Positions 42,782 to 56,711 of a stretch of DNA of 64,000 nucleotides are shown in pieces. The DNA is from Eledone cirrhosa (taxonomy: Eukaryota), in the NCBI GenBank assembly GCA_964016885.1, contig OZ024743.1:277946001-278010000 (forward strand). Reading direction: 5' to 3'. The position numbers and the translations under genes were made by a program. Below the pieces are notes generated by a model. The model saw only the letters and a program-made list of their open reading frames with translations. It ran no database searches and was not told the DNA's origin. The number at the start of each line of letters is the position of its first letter. Positions within the stretch are counted from its first letter, which is position 1.

Positions 42782-42958
42782 CGACGACAGAGCTCTCACC
42801 GGTTCGACAGTTAATTCCAGATTGAGTCAGGAGGGAGTTAGGTGTTGAAACGGCTAGGTCTAAACCCTCGGACTCCAACTCTTTCAAATATAGTCACATT
42901 CTACTTTTCCACTTTTTCAAGTATCAATTACTCGATATACTAGTTTAAGACTGGTTAA

Positions 42959-43022
<64 letters not shown>

Positions 43023-43399
43023 ATAAATAGATAGATAGATAGCGAGAGAGAAAGAGAGAGAGTGAGAGAGAGAGAGACAGAGAACGATATATAGTTTTGT
43101 AATTCTCCTATGCATGTATACATACTGTTATAATATCCAAATAGCGAATAGTATGATTCTTGTTTAGAACACATCATAACTATTTTTATATTATATAATG
43201 CCTATAATATTGCATCTTATATTCGCTTTAATATCATATAATCGCTACCTTAGATTTCGAGGCATGTCCATGTAATTGTAAGATAGTTGTATACTGATCA
43301 AATTTAGAGCTACTTGTTCTCAGAACAGTGGTTAAGACGGTTGATGTCATTTCGTATGAGATCTCGTGACATTGAGGGGGTAATTAATGGCTTCTTATA

Positions 43400-43590
43400 T
43401 AGGCACAAGGCCATCAATTTTGGTGGCGGGGAAAGTCGATTAAGTCGACCCCAGTATGTGACTGGTACTTTATTTTATCGACCCCGTAAGCATGAAAAGC
43501 AAAGTTAACCTCGGCGGGAATTGAACCCAGAACGTATCTCTAAGCTGCAAAGCATGGTGTCGACCCTACCGATACTGCCAATCCACCGCT
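43400..43590 (-). mobile_element. SINE family 1
   Basis: Same core and head as 29931-30125. Confidence 0.8.
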
Positions 43591-44601
43591 AATTAATGTG
43601 GATCGCTTATGGTTGTTCAAGGGATATACACGTGTGTTTTGACGGATGTCATTTTATATGTATATATATAATTTTTATTGTTGATATCGTCGTTATGACC
43701 TGTTGAATGTGTAGTGTGTTGGAATGTCGGAGGGTCTTTGGTTAGAGATAAATGGAGGCTACTTTTATAGACTTATATTAGCAGGTTTTGTGTATGTGTT
43801 GAGTGTTTCTTTGCATGTGTGGATACTTCTAGGTGTATATTATTTATGGTTTATCATGTTGGGATCAAGTCCTTCTTTAGGTACTTAGTGATGTGCGTAG
43901 AAGATGAGGCCAACAGAGCGAATTAAGATGAGTACGTAATGGATGAATGTTGATACTAAATGTCTGAGTCGCAATGTTTCTATGGTGATAGGAGTTGAGC
44001 AGCGTGCAACACTTAAATAGATTGTTCTTAGTGTTCAGATATTTGTTGGAGGATTTCATTTCCTGTATTATCCGGAACCATTGATGTATGGTCTGGACTA
44101 ACACAGGATGCTCCATTATATTGTGTAGGGTATTCATTTATCCTTTAGTTTCCAGATTCGCTTTTTCTCTGTGTCTAAAGGACGCGATATATGAGTAGTA
44201 CCGTTCTATTAATCGTCCTGTGCCACACCCACATAACACACACTTCTCATTATTGGTCAGTTGTATCAGCTGTGATGTTAGCGTCGTATACTATTACCTT
44301 GTCGTTACATTCCTCTTGTAGTGGCCAGACCTCTTTTACTCCGCACGAGCATCTCGATTTTTTTCGGGTTTGATTTTATACATTATCATCGACTCAATGA
44401 AATGTCAGCATGAATAGCAGATTATCAGCGAATGCCTAGTGAATGTTTTACTATACCTATATTGAGGGGGACAATACGTATCTATTAAGCCTAAGAATAT
44501 TTTAAACCAATATTAGTCTTAACAGCTAGGGAGAAATGGGTAAGAATCAAATTATTGTTCTACTACTGTTTTTATTCTTGGTTTTGATCTGTGGGGTTGG
44601 T

Positions 44602-44650
<49 letters not shown>

Positions 44651-45247
44651 AGGGGCTGTCTTATCGTATATATCCTTAACGATATACAAGCTGGAGATCC
44701 AACGACTAATATTGAGGCTTTGTAATTAGCATAAATGAAAAGAATTAAAAAAAACCGGCTGATGAGGAAGATAGATGCTTTTGTTCATTTGTCCCACATT
44801 TTTCGGATGTTTTTTCCTTTGCAACTTTGGTATTTATTACTACTGTAACAGTACACGCTCTTCCTTTAGATTAACTAACTGTTTACTTACAGCGCGACAA
44901 GTCTTTCTCTCTCTCTCACTCGCTTTAACTCGCTCTCCACTTTTTTTAATGAATGTCTGTATATATTTCACTGCTGCTGGCGTTATTATTTGTAGAATAC
45001 ACCTGCACCGTTTTGTTCTGTTTCCAGTCGTAATAGGTTTTATTGTTACCTGAGTACGTATTTGCTTTTCTGTCCAAGTCGAAAGATACATACTTGTTGT
45101 CTCCTCTCTCTGTGTTCGGTTGTCTTGGACGCATATTTCCGGTGGTTTGGCTTAGCTGTCGGACTCCCTGGGCTGGGCTCTATAATATGCAATATCACAC
45201 TTTTGTTCATTCGTTTTGTAACGTGCCACATACACACACACATATGC

Positions 45248-45328
<81 letters not shown>

Positions 45329-45501
45329 ATAAAGGGACGATTGTTTAAGCCTTCATTACGTTTATGGTTGGTGACGCGCGTTTCGCTATTGATCAGCGCA
45401 AGGATCGATCTGCATCGATCTGGCCCGGCTCTGGAATCAAAAGCTCGTCGGACCTCTGTTGTAGTCATTACTACAACAGAAGGCTTAACAAATCCTTCTT
45501 G

Positions 45502-45550
<49 letters not shown>

Positions 45551-45822
45551 CCGATGAATTTACGGACGGATTGAGCAAGTTTGAAAATTATTTGTCACAA
45601 TTTCCGTTGGTCACGGGAAAGAGTTGCAAGCATCCGGAATATAGCAGGTGTGTGGTTTGATTCCTGCTGGCGTCTCTGTAGTAGTCAGAAATATATTTAT
45701 ACCCACCACTCATATATTGAGTGCTCATTCAGTCTTCAACGAACAATCAACCCTTTGAAACGTTCGTAAAGCAGTAAACAAATTAACTATCTGACTTTAG
45801 TTTTGCTTTCATTGATCAACAA

Positions 45823-45862
<40 letters not shown>

Positions 45863-46350
45863 TTACATACACACACACATACATACACACGCACACACAT
45901 AAATAAAGCGATACACACAGATACATTAATACAGACAAATATATATATATATATATTCATACTGGTGCACATACATGTGCATAGATACAGACACAAACAG
46001 GCTCCTATATTATGCACACACATATATGTGTGAATCGTTGCTTGTCTTAATAGGTGGCTAAACCGGTTTGTGTCGGGAAGGGCATCCGGCTGTGAAACAA
46101 TGTCTCAAAATGTCCCATACTAACAATGACATCATGGAAAATTTGACGAAATACAATGATGATGATGTTGTTGAGGATTTTTATGAAACCTTAGCTAACA
46201 TATATCCACTATATTACAAAAACTTTGTTCTACCTATGTATGTATGTATGTATGTATGTATGTATGTATGTATGTATGTATGTATGTATGTATGTATGTA
46301 TGTATGTATGCATGTAAGTATGTATATGTGTATATATGTAAAAAAAAAAA

Positions 46351-46815
46351 TTATTTGGATGGCCGTTGACTCTGCTGCGTTCCTCCGCCCTTTACCGGGT
46401 CTTGTATCTCATCCCGCAGGGTGTCCAAGTATCACCCTCCTCACTAAGCTAGCTTGTTGGGGTTGCCGGTTTAGTCGACGACGACCTGACCATGAGACAG
46501 GTTTCACGGCGTCTCATGTTTTTTTTATGAAGCGAAAGGCCCCAGTTGTTGTCACAACATCTTTCTAGGAGAGGGTGTCTCTGAAAAAAAAAAACCCTGG
46601 GGGTTCGGGTAGTTTTTCGGGTAGTTTTTCGATGTTCAGAGAGTGATATTGGTCGAGTGCAAGACCTTTCCCCACTTAAAAAACCTTCAAAGCACAAGCA
46701 TTGCCTGTTCAAGATATGCTACAGGTTCGTGTGGCTGGCCGTAGCCTAAAAGTGCACCATTTTCTGTAACCTAACAAGCGACTGCAATAGTCTTAGCAGA
46801 GTTTGCAGCCATCAT
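46351..46815 (+). mobile_element. Diverged bipartite RTE element with an inverted 5' part
   Basis: 46351-46520 is the family A/B 5' region on the minus strand. 46530-46815 continues on the plus strand to gcagccatcat(gtat)n. Confidence 0.65.
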
Positions 46816-46859
46816 GTATGTATGTAAGGATGTATCTTTTTCTCTAAATTTCGAGTATA

Positions 46860-47049
46860 TTTTTTGACCTGCCACCTTCCTGGTGGCAAGGTTATAAAAT
46901 AAAAGAAATTGTCATCCCTTGAATCGCAAGAATGTTTTGCAAATTTTGAAGTTGCCAGCTATCGCAGCCATTTGTAGACTATGAATTAGGGAGCAGCGCT
47001 CTTTGTCCGCAAATCCAAGTTCAGTCATACTTTGGTCCAAGCGGGTTGG

Positions 47050-47050
<1 letters not shown>
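46860..47050 (-). mobile_element. 3' end of the second R4/Dong-like family
   Basis: Similar to 6120-6265. Confidence 0.45.
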
Positions 47051-47081
<31 letters not shown>

Positions 47082-47125
47082 TGTATGTATGTATGTATGT
47101 ATGTATGTATGTATGTATGTATGTA

Positions 47126-47512
47126 TGTCAAGGCAGAATTCTAGGAGAAGGAAAACTCAGATATAACACCTGCAACCCTGATGGTATCCAATGATGTTGA
47201 CTTGTTCTTCTTTTTGGTAAATATCATCTTGGTTAAGAGAGTGAGACTGGCTTTGTGCAGTGCCTTTGCTCACTATAAAAGCTTCACTGCACAGGCATTG
47301 CTTTATATCTGGAGATCTCTCTGCACTTGTCGTCACATGGTACCATGGGCCCAGCACTGTGTGTCAATAATTGTCACAAGTGTAGTGTTTGTACCAGAGT
47401 TTTCAAGACGCTGGCTGAACTAAAAAGTCACACTCGTTCAGCGCATCGGTAGGGTTCTCCTACATGGATATAAAGTAGTGGCTGTACTCGAAAACGAGTT
47501 GGCAGCCACCAT
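47126..47512 (+). mobile_element. 5'-truncated family A bipartite RTE element
   Basis: Matches 18091-18478. Lies in (TATG)n. Confidence 0.85.
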
Positions 47513-47585
47513 GTATGTATGTATGTCTGTGTACGTATGTATGTATGTGTGGCTATGTATGAATGTATGTGTGTCTATGTATGTA

Positions 47586-50500
47586 AGTTCTTCTGGTTTT
47601 ATAATTTAACAAATTTTTACCAATAGAGAGAGAGAGAGTCGGTTTCTAACATAGACACAAGACTTTCTCATTGGAATTTACACATCAACTAGGTAGATAG
47701 GTATGCATGCATATGGATGTTATTGTATGTATGGATGTGTATGTTTTGAGTTGTATGTGTGCATGTGTATATGCTTTGTATCTGTACATGTGTATATGCA
47801 GTTATTAGATACAACATTTTTGGAATGTTTTACATATTTTTACTGTTCCATTAATGGATTGTACTTATAATTTCCTAACTAGTTGTGTTCTTTCTGTTCC
47901 TGTGAAGCCCAGCTTCTCAAGATTTGTATTGAGGCAGTTACTAACATATCCCAGTGCCCCAATAATCACAGGCATAAATCTGAAGGTGTAATCAGGGCGG
48001 AGTATCTGCAGATTTCTAATCAGTTCTGCATAAATATTCTCCTTTTCGCTAATTTTTGATATTATATTGGCATCTGCTGGGCAGCTAATTTCCACTACTG
48101 TGCATGCCTTCTTTTCCCTGTCCCATATCATAATATCGGGTCTGTTATGCCTGCATTTTATTGGGGTTTTTACTGGAACATTCCACCAGTACTCTTTCAT
48201 ATTATTTACATGGATGTCTTCCACATTGTTGTAGCTTTTAATGTGTTTATTATCGATGCTATCTTATCTACGGATTGCATTGTACAGTGTTTTGGCCACT
48301 ACATCATGCCTCATAGGTAGATAGTACCGCGATGGCATATTTGGACAGCTGCTGATGACATGGGTGATATCCTCGATGTTAGTTCTGCAGAGTCTGCACT
48401 TATTATCACATCTAGGTGTTTTGCCTGCATCCCTATCTCTTTTGTGAATCAGGTATTTCATGCTAATCTCCTGTTCTTGGATTGCAAAAGCGTATCCTTC
48501 AAAGTGGGAGCCAATATAGCGGTTGTTGGTCCAAGATAGACTACTTTCCTTATCTATATTACTCTCACTCTGGAGCTTCCTGGCAACCTATCCACGCATG
48601 ATTTTTTGCTGATAAGCATGCAGTTTTTCATCCATGGATTCACTGCGATACTGCTGAGCGACTTCCCTGGGTGTGAGTCTTTGATTATCACACAGGGAAT
48701 ATCTCTCAAGGAGTTCCTTCCCAACTCTCATGATCTTATCTGTTTCATGCAGATATACTTGCTCAAGAAACGGGCTCCTACGCTTCGAGGTTCGTAGATG
48801 TTGTCGGAGGGATATGATGCGACATTCAAATGTTGACTGGACTGATGTTAGGGCTCTGCCTCCCTGCTTACGTTTCAAGTAAAGGCGGTCTATGTCACTG
48901 TTGATGTGTAAGTTTCCGGTGTTGTTCAGTAATTTTCGAGTTCCAACATCAACTGCTCGGATTTCGTCTATCGTCCAATTGAGTATTCCAAACGTTGGTG
49001 TTAGGACAGGCACAGCAAACACAATATGAGCCACTGTTTTGTTTTGCGCAGAGAGTTCCGATGACCAGATCTTTCTTAATCGGGTGTAGTATTCTCTGGT
49101 TACGCGTTCTTTATTACAGATACCATTATAGGATATGTTCTCATCTATCCCCAGATATCTGTAGCAGTCCTCATCAGATATCGGTGAAACAGTTAGGCCA
49201 TTGATGACAATGTTGCTAGATTGGGTTGTTGTTTTTCCCCGCTTTACAGTCATGTATGAGCATTTATCTTGGCCAAACTCCATTCCTATATCTTTTGAGA
49301 ACGTTATAACCAGGTCAAGATTTTTCTTCATCCCATCCATGTCTTTGGCATAGAGTTTCAGATCGTCCACAAAGAATTTATGGGTTAGGTTCGTATTTCT
49401 GTCCTCCTGTGAGCCAATGATGTATCCCTCACATTTCTTGAGCAGAAAGGACAAGGTGTTTAACGACAAGATGAATAATATCACAGAGAGACTGTCCCCT
49501 GAAATATACCCCTGCAATATTTTATTTTACCAGTGAAAATAGAGTCCTCCCTCTCTGTCTTTAACCTTAGGATAGTAGCCCAAGAAGAAGACAGCTTCTC
49601 TATGGCTCTGACAATAATGTCTGGGACTTTAGCAAGTTGGAGGGCCTCTATCATCCAAGAGTGGAGAACAGAATCGAAAGCTTTCCTGTAGTCCAGCCAG
49701 ACTGTAGTCATATTCCTCCTAAGTTGTCGCACCTCCAACATCGCAGTTTTGTTGATTAGTTGTACAGCACATCCCAAACCCCTTTCTTTCCAGCTGCTTG
49801 TTCATCTGTGATGATGTTATTATTTTCACAGTGATCTTGGAGGAATAGGTTCAGGCAGGTTGTATTCATCTTATACATTAGGTTCTGGCATGCAATGGGT
49901 CGGTATTTTTTTTGCCAAGTGGATGTCTTTGTTCTTGGGGACCAGTAACGTTTGTGCTAATGTCAACCATTCTAGTATAACTGTATCTCCCTTAAGAACT
50001 TGTTGGTAGAGGTCAGTAAGATATCTCCGATAGAATATTAATTTTTTGTACCAGTAGTCGATAATCATGTCTCTACTTGGTGTTTTCTTATCTTGGAGTT
50101 TTCCTATCACAGTCTCAAGGGTACCCTCACTTATTTCGTATGTTTTTGTTGTAGTGTAGAAGCAATAGTTCTTTCGGATTTCTCTTAGCCACACGGCATC
50201 TTGGTTGAAATTCTTCTTTTCACCCCATATTTTTCTCCAAAAGGAATCTATGTCTTTCTGGGATGGGGCCTCAGTGACACTTATTATTTTGCCCTTCATA
50301 TCTCTATAGACTGATGTTTGGTTTCGTCTGAATCTTTTATTAAGCACTTTTCTCTCATCTACCTTCTTCAGGTATCGGCGTGTTTCGCTAACAGCTCTCA
50401 ATTCTTGTTTGAGGGTGATCAGCTTATATTGGATGGTTCTGGTTCTACTATTACCAAACATCGTCTCTATTTTATTTTTCACTCTTTGTTGGCGAGGAGT

Positions 50501-51805
50501 GAGGTTTTTTTGTGTTTGTTTGCATGTAAGGAGCATTGTCATATATCCTATGTTTTTTCGTAGGTCAACAATCTTTTTTCTATTTTAGTTATATATGATG
50601 GTATTTTTGGTGGTGTTTTGTTCTTGTTATTATCCCTGCTATCAACAAGATAATGCTTCACTGTCGTTGCTAAGGCATATAAACAGGCGTTGATTTGCCA
50701 AAATGTTTGGGTTTTTATCCGTCGTAAATATTCATCCCCTATTTTGTCAATAACACGTAGTATTTCATTATTTGGCTTTTTATTCACCATTGTCGTTTTA
50801 ACACGTTCAGCCAGAGAGATATTTATACATGAGTTAATTTCTCTCTGGAAGATTTCTTTGAGCGAAATTTTCAATTGTTTATACTTTTGATTATCATGAC
50901 AATATCGGTAGAGGGTCGGACGCCATGCTTTCCAGCATAGTTACGTCCCTTTACGATCTGAGTTCAAATCCCGCCGAGGTTGACTTTGCCTTTCATCCTT
51001 ACGGGGTCGATAAAATAAAGTACCAGTAATGCACTGGGTATTTGCTGGCCTTGTGTTTAAAGTAGAAACAATTATCGATAGTATTTTCCACAACAGTCGA
51101 GGTAGACTCGGATGGTACACGTGGCGTCACATTTATTCGATTATTATTATTATCGATAGTGTTTTCCCCAGCATTCGAGGTAGACTTAGATGGTACAGTG
51201 GTGTCAAGTTTCTTACAGGCATAGTTGTTTTAAGGCGCTGTTCGACCTGGCTGCTAGGAAGTCTAGTAGCATGGCGACCTGTAGCACGTGTTGTTGATAA
51301 CATGTTTGTTGTTGGGGACTTACAATTAATAATATTTATCTTATTTTTACGTTCAACAAACGTCGCTTGTTGGCATAATTGTTTAGCTCTGGGTGCATTT
51401 CGACCCAGTGTAGCTTCATTCTATTCATATAGCCAATGGAGGGATTGTTTTTTGCCATTTTATAACATTAAATAAATCATTATTAAGTTCGCAACTCCAA
51501 GAGAAATGCGATTTATAATTTCGGTTTCTTCTGTAGCTACAACTGAATAAAATTTGATTACCTTCCTTGTTATTTGTCTTCGATACTTCCTTAATCTTTT
51601 TGTTCAGCCATGCTGTTTGTAGCAAATCCTTGTAAAATGAATTATGTATTTAGTCGGAGTGTCTTCAGAAGGGATAGTTAGAAGAATAACCAGTTATTCA
51701 ACCTGGCTGTAGTTGTGGCATTACTGTCGGAGATAGTATTCATCTTAAATTTAATAAATAGTCTCCCACGCCAAAATATGCGACTGCTCGCGTTGACTGT
51801 CTTTG
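47586..51805 (-). mobile_element. Apparently full-length, disrupted R4/Dong-clade non-LTR retrotransposon
   Basis: N-terminal GYMNRMKLHWVEMHP (about 51390-51435), RT WLDYRKAFDSV / GDSLS / FFVDDLKLY, CRLC..HVISSC knuckle, RHD and the RPDI..E REL nuclease. Frameshifts, stops and a SINE insertion. (TATG)n on both sides. Confidence 0.9.
50901..51073 (+). mobile_element. SINE family 1 inserted in the R4/Dong ORF
   Basis: Nearly identical to 29947-30120. Confidence 0.85.
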
Positions 51806-51891
51806 TGTATGTATGTATGTATGTATGTATGTATGTATGTATGTATGTATGTATGTATGTATGTATGTATGTATGTAGGTGTTATGTTATG

Positions 51892-52023
51892 TAAGGTCAC
51901 TCTTCAACGCTACTGGTAACATGTAACCCAGTAGAACCTGTGCGTGGTTGGATTGTCTGCGACTAAACCATCAACCCTACTAAGTTTGCTTGGTGAGTAG
52001 GTTGATTTTGGACACCCTGCGGG
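51892..52023 (+). mobile_element. Diverged 5' fragment of a bipartite RTE element
   Basis: ctactggtaacatgtaacccagta..gcgactaaac..ggacaccctgc. Confidence 0.65.
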
Positions 52024-52538
52024 TTGTATGTATGTATGAATGAAAATATGTATGCATTCATGCATACATCAACACACGCACGCACACACACATGCGCGAA
52101 TCTATATATAAATGTAATCGTCCCAAGAGAGACAGATTCCGATTACTCAGAGGCACCACTGACGATTCTTCCGTCTCTACGAGATTTCTAACTCTTATTC
52201 ATGTAGATCGACTACTCTTATAGTAAATTACAATTTTGAGGACTGCACATTTTCATAGCACAACCTTGCCCCAACACATTACTCAATGTAAAACAACTGC
52301 AACAGAAAATCTCTTTGGACTAAATACAGCCCTTGGGGTTCATACTCCCAAAACAGGCATCATACAGTACAGTTTCCCTTACACTAACATCCCTAACAAA
52401 TAAAGACAATAGTCCGAACCAAATTCACACTCACTTTCTGATTTCTATCAAGGCATGATTACCTGATGAATTAATACTATATATGTGGTAATGCATTAAC
52501 TTCATAATAGTATCAACAGAAAAACCGTCAGTACAATT

Positions 52539-52570
<32 letters not shown>

Positions 52571-52577
<7 letters not shown>

Positions 52578-52840
52578 AAGTTAAATAAAAGTCAAATGAT
52601 TAAAATTTAGCTTCGTTTATTACTGCTATATATATTTCAGTGACAGCCATCTTTGGCTGTGACCTCTTCAGGCAGTTTGAATTAGTATGGTATAGACAAG
52701 TACATATGTACTTGTCTATACCATACTAATTCAAACTGCCTGAAGAGGTCACAGCCAAAGATGGCTGTCACTGAAATATATATAGCAGTAATAAACGAAG
52801 CTAAATTTTAATCATTTGACTTTTATTTAACTTTATTTTA
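52571..52840. repeat. Perfect 270-bp spacerless palindrome with a hammerhead in each arm
   Basis: Centre at 52705/52706 (tacat|atgta), 135-bp arms. Confidence 0.95.
52735..52789 (+). ncRNA. Type I hammerhead ribozyme (mirror copy at 52622-52676 -)
   Basis: actgc-CTGAAGA-ggtcacagcc/aaagat/ggctgtcact-GAAA-tatata-TA-gcagt. Confidence 0.8.
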
Positions 52841-52930
52841 CACTACTCCGGAGTAACCAAACCAACCTGCGCACTTCGTCGAGTGCTCCAGCCTGCATAC
52901 TGAGGTGTTGGTATACAACCAACATAAACT

Positions 52931-53010
<80 letters not shown>

Positions 53011-53160
53011 AGACAGGTGGAAAGATCGATAGATAGATAAATAGTCATCAGAAGAAATTGCGCACAGAAAAAAAGTTACATAAAACGGCTGCATCACTAC
53101 TTCTCTCTCACTTTCACTCACTCTCTCCCTCCCTCCCACACAGGTATAACATATATATAG

Positions 53161-53966
53161 TGAAGGTGTTTGGTTTAGTGGTTAGAGCGTTTAATTCAAA
53201 ATCACGAGGTTGTAAGTTTGATTTTTGGACCAGGCGGTGCATTCTTTCCTTGAGCAAATGATATTATTTCATGTTGCTCCAGTTCACTCAGCTGCTGGAA
53301 TGAGTTGCGATTTCATTTGTGCCACGCTCTACCGGCCTTTGCCTTTCCCTTGGACAACATCGTTGACAATGGGAGTGCTATTTTATGCATGGGTGACAGC
53401 TGGTCGTCCACACAACACCATATCAGAAACTTGTGCTTCGGAGGGGATATTTCTACGTGAAAATCCCATGGTCATTCGTGATCTAAGATGTCTCACTCTC
53501 TCTCTCTCATTGAATTGGCAGTATCAGTAGAGGGTCGGACGCCATGCTTTGACGCATAGAGTTACGGCCTTTGCCATTCTGAGTTCAAATACCGCCGAGG
53601 TTAACTTTGCCTTTCATCCTTACAGAGTCGATAAAATAAAGTACCAGTAATGTACTGGATAATTGTTGGCCTTATGCCAATAGTAGAAACAATTATTAAC
53701 TTCTTTTTCCTATATTTTTACCCGAGTGGGATATATTTTAAAGCTTACTATATATATATATACAATCGGTCGACTTTCGCCAAATCGGACCGAGGAATCA
53801 ATGTTCCCGTTGGTCTTTCCAATTGCTAATACTTTCTATCGGTCACAATTCCAGGTAGAAGGAGCAACATAAAATAAAGTGTCTTGCTCAAGGACATAAC
53901 GCATCGCCCTGTCCAGCAATCGAACTTACAGCCTCACGGTTGTGAATCCAATTCTGTTACCACTAG

Positions 53967-53970
<4 letters not shown>
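53161..53970. mobile_element. SINE cluster: family 2 (53161-53490 +), family 1 (53510-53698 +) and a family 2-like copy (53760-53970 -)
   Basis: tRNA-like heads, tccttgagcaa motifs and the family 1 core. Confidence 0.7.
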
Positions 53971-54047
<77 letters not shown>

Positions 54048-54083
54048 CATATATAGATATAGATATATATATGTATATATATA

Positions 54084-54114
<31 letters not shown>

Positions 54115-54375
54115 GTTAAAAGAATAGAGGTGTAACACACAAGTCATTATATATTGGTAAACGGAATAGAAAATGCTGACAAATTGTTCACAGTTGAAAA
54201 ATGGTTTAATTAGGAATAAAAGAGTATTAGTAATTGTATGGGTTAGTATTCAGTTGTGGTTTTAAGTTTTTAAGCTTTTACCGGTTGCGCATTTCTAAAT
54301 GCTTTTCAAAAATAATTTTGAGATAGAGTGTCCGTGCTGTTTGCTCTGATCTGATTAGTTTGGGGAATTCTACCT

Positions 54376-54610
54376 GTTTTTATGTTAAAAAAGTGGCTCC
54401 AGCGTTATTTTTGTGTTGCAAAAATGCTTGTGGTCAAAACAATTTTGATTGGTCGGTAGAGGTCATGTGAATGTAAAAAGTTGATTTTGCGCCAAGACTG
54501 TTTTTATGTTAAAATGTTAAAAAAGTGGCTCCAGCAAAAATTCTTGGTCAAAACAATTTTGATTGGTCGGTAGAGGTCATGGTGGATAAAAAATTGGTTT
54601 TGCGCCAAGA
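54376..54610. repeat. Tandem duplication of about 115-125 bp
   Basis: tttttatgttaaaa..aagtggctccagc..tggtcaaaacaattttgattggtcggtagaggtcatg..ttttgcgccaaga occurs twice. Confidence 0.85.
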
Positions 54611-54685
54611 TTGAGAAATGACTCTTTCACAACAAATATGTGTGTGTGTGTGTGTGTGTATGTATGTGTGTGTGTGTGTGTATGT

Positions 54686-54797
<112 letters not shown>

Positions 54798-55520
54798 AGT
54801 AGTAGTAGTAAGGTGTTCGATGCTGCGACAATGGCCAGCAGCGATGTGTGTCAAATGGCTATTAAGATAAGTGTGTGTGTGTGTGTGTGTGTATAGCAGA
54901 GTCATTCGAAGGTCAAAAGATATTTTTCAGCTTTTGTCTTATACGGAGAAGTGCGTGTGTATATATATATATAATTCTGGACTAAAAAAAATTTTTTTTT
55001 TACTCCAGAATTAGCCGTCGAAACGGCCTGAGCTCTCCCGTCGGGGTCATACTTCTTCCTATTACACACTCTACTACCCTAAGTATTGAGTACTTTGGTG
55101 CGTTGTGGTCCATCTGGTTCCTCACCACATTTCCTTCGTTATATATATATATATATATATATATAAATATATAAACAATATCGATTTCATATATATATAT
55201 ATATAAATGAAAGGCATAGAGAACATTGTAGCAAAAAGCCAACAGTATTCCATAATATATAATATATGATATAATATAATATAACATAATATAACATAAT
55301 ATATAATATATATATATATATGAAATCGATATTGCTTTTTACAAAAACAATATAAAAAATTAGAAAGAAAGGCGAAGTTAAAGAAAAGCTCAAAATAGAG
55401 TCATTTATTATAATAAGAAGTACCAAAGGTCATGTTTCATATTTCTTTGAAATAATTTTCCAAAAAAGCATGCATACAAAATCCTATTGTGCTAAAAATA
55501 AAAATTACACATGAAGTAAC

Positions 55521-55879
55521 GTATTCATTAAAATTGACACCAAACACGTTTTTGCATTTAAGTGCTGATTTACGAACGTTTCATCTCCTACTGGGACTTT
55601 TCAAAATCAGTTATAACCTCACCAAAATACTCAACAGTCAACAGCTAAAGAAATTGTTTACATTTAAAAAATTATATTCAGGTATATTTCTAGATCTGAT
55701 TCTATGAGGAAATATATTCATTTTTTAAATATTTTTATATGTATATATTTTGAAAAATTATTTTTATACATAATTTTTTTATATGTATTTATGTATGTGA
55801 AAAGTCCCAGGACGGCATAAAACGTTCGTAATTCAGCGTTTAATGTAAAAACGTGTTTGGTGTCTATTTTAATGAATAT
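55521..55879. repeat. Diverged inverted repeat with arms of about 82 bp
   Basis: 55521-55603 versus 55798-55879. Confidence 0.75.
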
Positions 55880-55897
55880 ACATACATACATACATAC

Positions 55898-56505
55898 ATG
55901 GTGGCTGCCAAATCGTTTTCGAGTACGGCCACTACTTTATATCCATGTAGGAGAACCCCTACCGATGCGCTGAACAAGTGTGACTTTTTAGTCCAGCCAG
56001 CGACTTGAAAACTCTGGTACAAACACTACACCTGTGACAATTATTGACACATAGTGCTGGGCCCATGGTACCATGTGACGACAAGTGCAGAGAGATCTCC
56101 AGATATAAAGCAATGCCTGTGCCGTGAAGCTTTTATAGTGAGCAAAGGCACTGCACAGAGCCAGTCCCACTCTCTTAACCAAGATGATATTTACCAAAAA
56201 GAAGAACAAGTCAACATCATTGGATACCATCAGGGTTGCAGGTATTATATCAGAGTTTTCCTTCTCCTAGAATTCTGCCTTGACAAAGGCTAAGGGGTCA
56301 TCTCTCCCGGTGATTTTGGATGGCCATTGACTCTTAATAGCTCCTTTGCCCTTTGACAGGTTTTGTTTTTAGTCCTGCAGGATGTCCAAAGTCACCCTCC
56401 TCACCAAGAAACCTTGGTGGGGTTGCCAGTTTAGTCGCCAACGACCCGACCATGAGACAGGTTGTACTGGGATACATGTTACCAGTAGCACCAAGTGGTG
56501 ACCTG

Positions 56506-56507
<2 letters not shown>
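55898..56507 (-). mobile_element. Family A bipartite RTE element
   Basis: Reverse complement of 17869-18478, with (CATA)n on both sides. Confidence 0.85.
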
Positions 56508-56539
<32 letters not shown>

Positions 56540-56711
56540 GTATATATATATATGAATATACTGTATATATATATATATAAATATACTGTATGTATATATA
56601 TATAGAGAGAGAGAGAGCGAGAGAGGGTGAGCGAAAGAGAGAGATAGAGATAGAAAGAGAGAGAGAGAGGGTGAGAAAAAGAGAGTGTGAGATAAAGAGA
56701 CGTATACACAC

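Noticed and set aside
43820-44140. Possible old LINE remnant; likewise possible PLE remnants at 44760-45230 and 52140-52460
   Set aside because: Only vague motif resemblance, with no diagnostic residues.
45369-45400. Hammerhead half-motifs (GAAA-cgcgcg-TC here; GAAA-cgatcg-TA near 40200; GAAA-caattg-TA near 41234; GAAA-cgttcg-TA near 45757)
   Set aside because: No intact CTGANGA with a pairing stem I; possibly decayed ribozymes, but not supportable.
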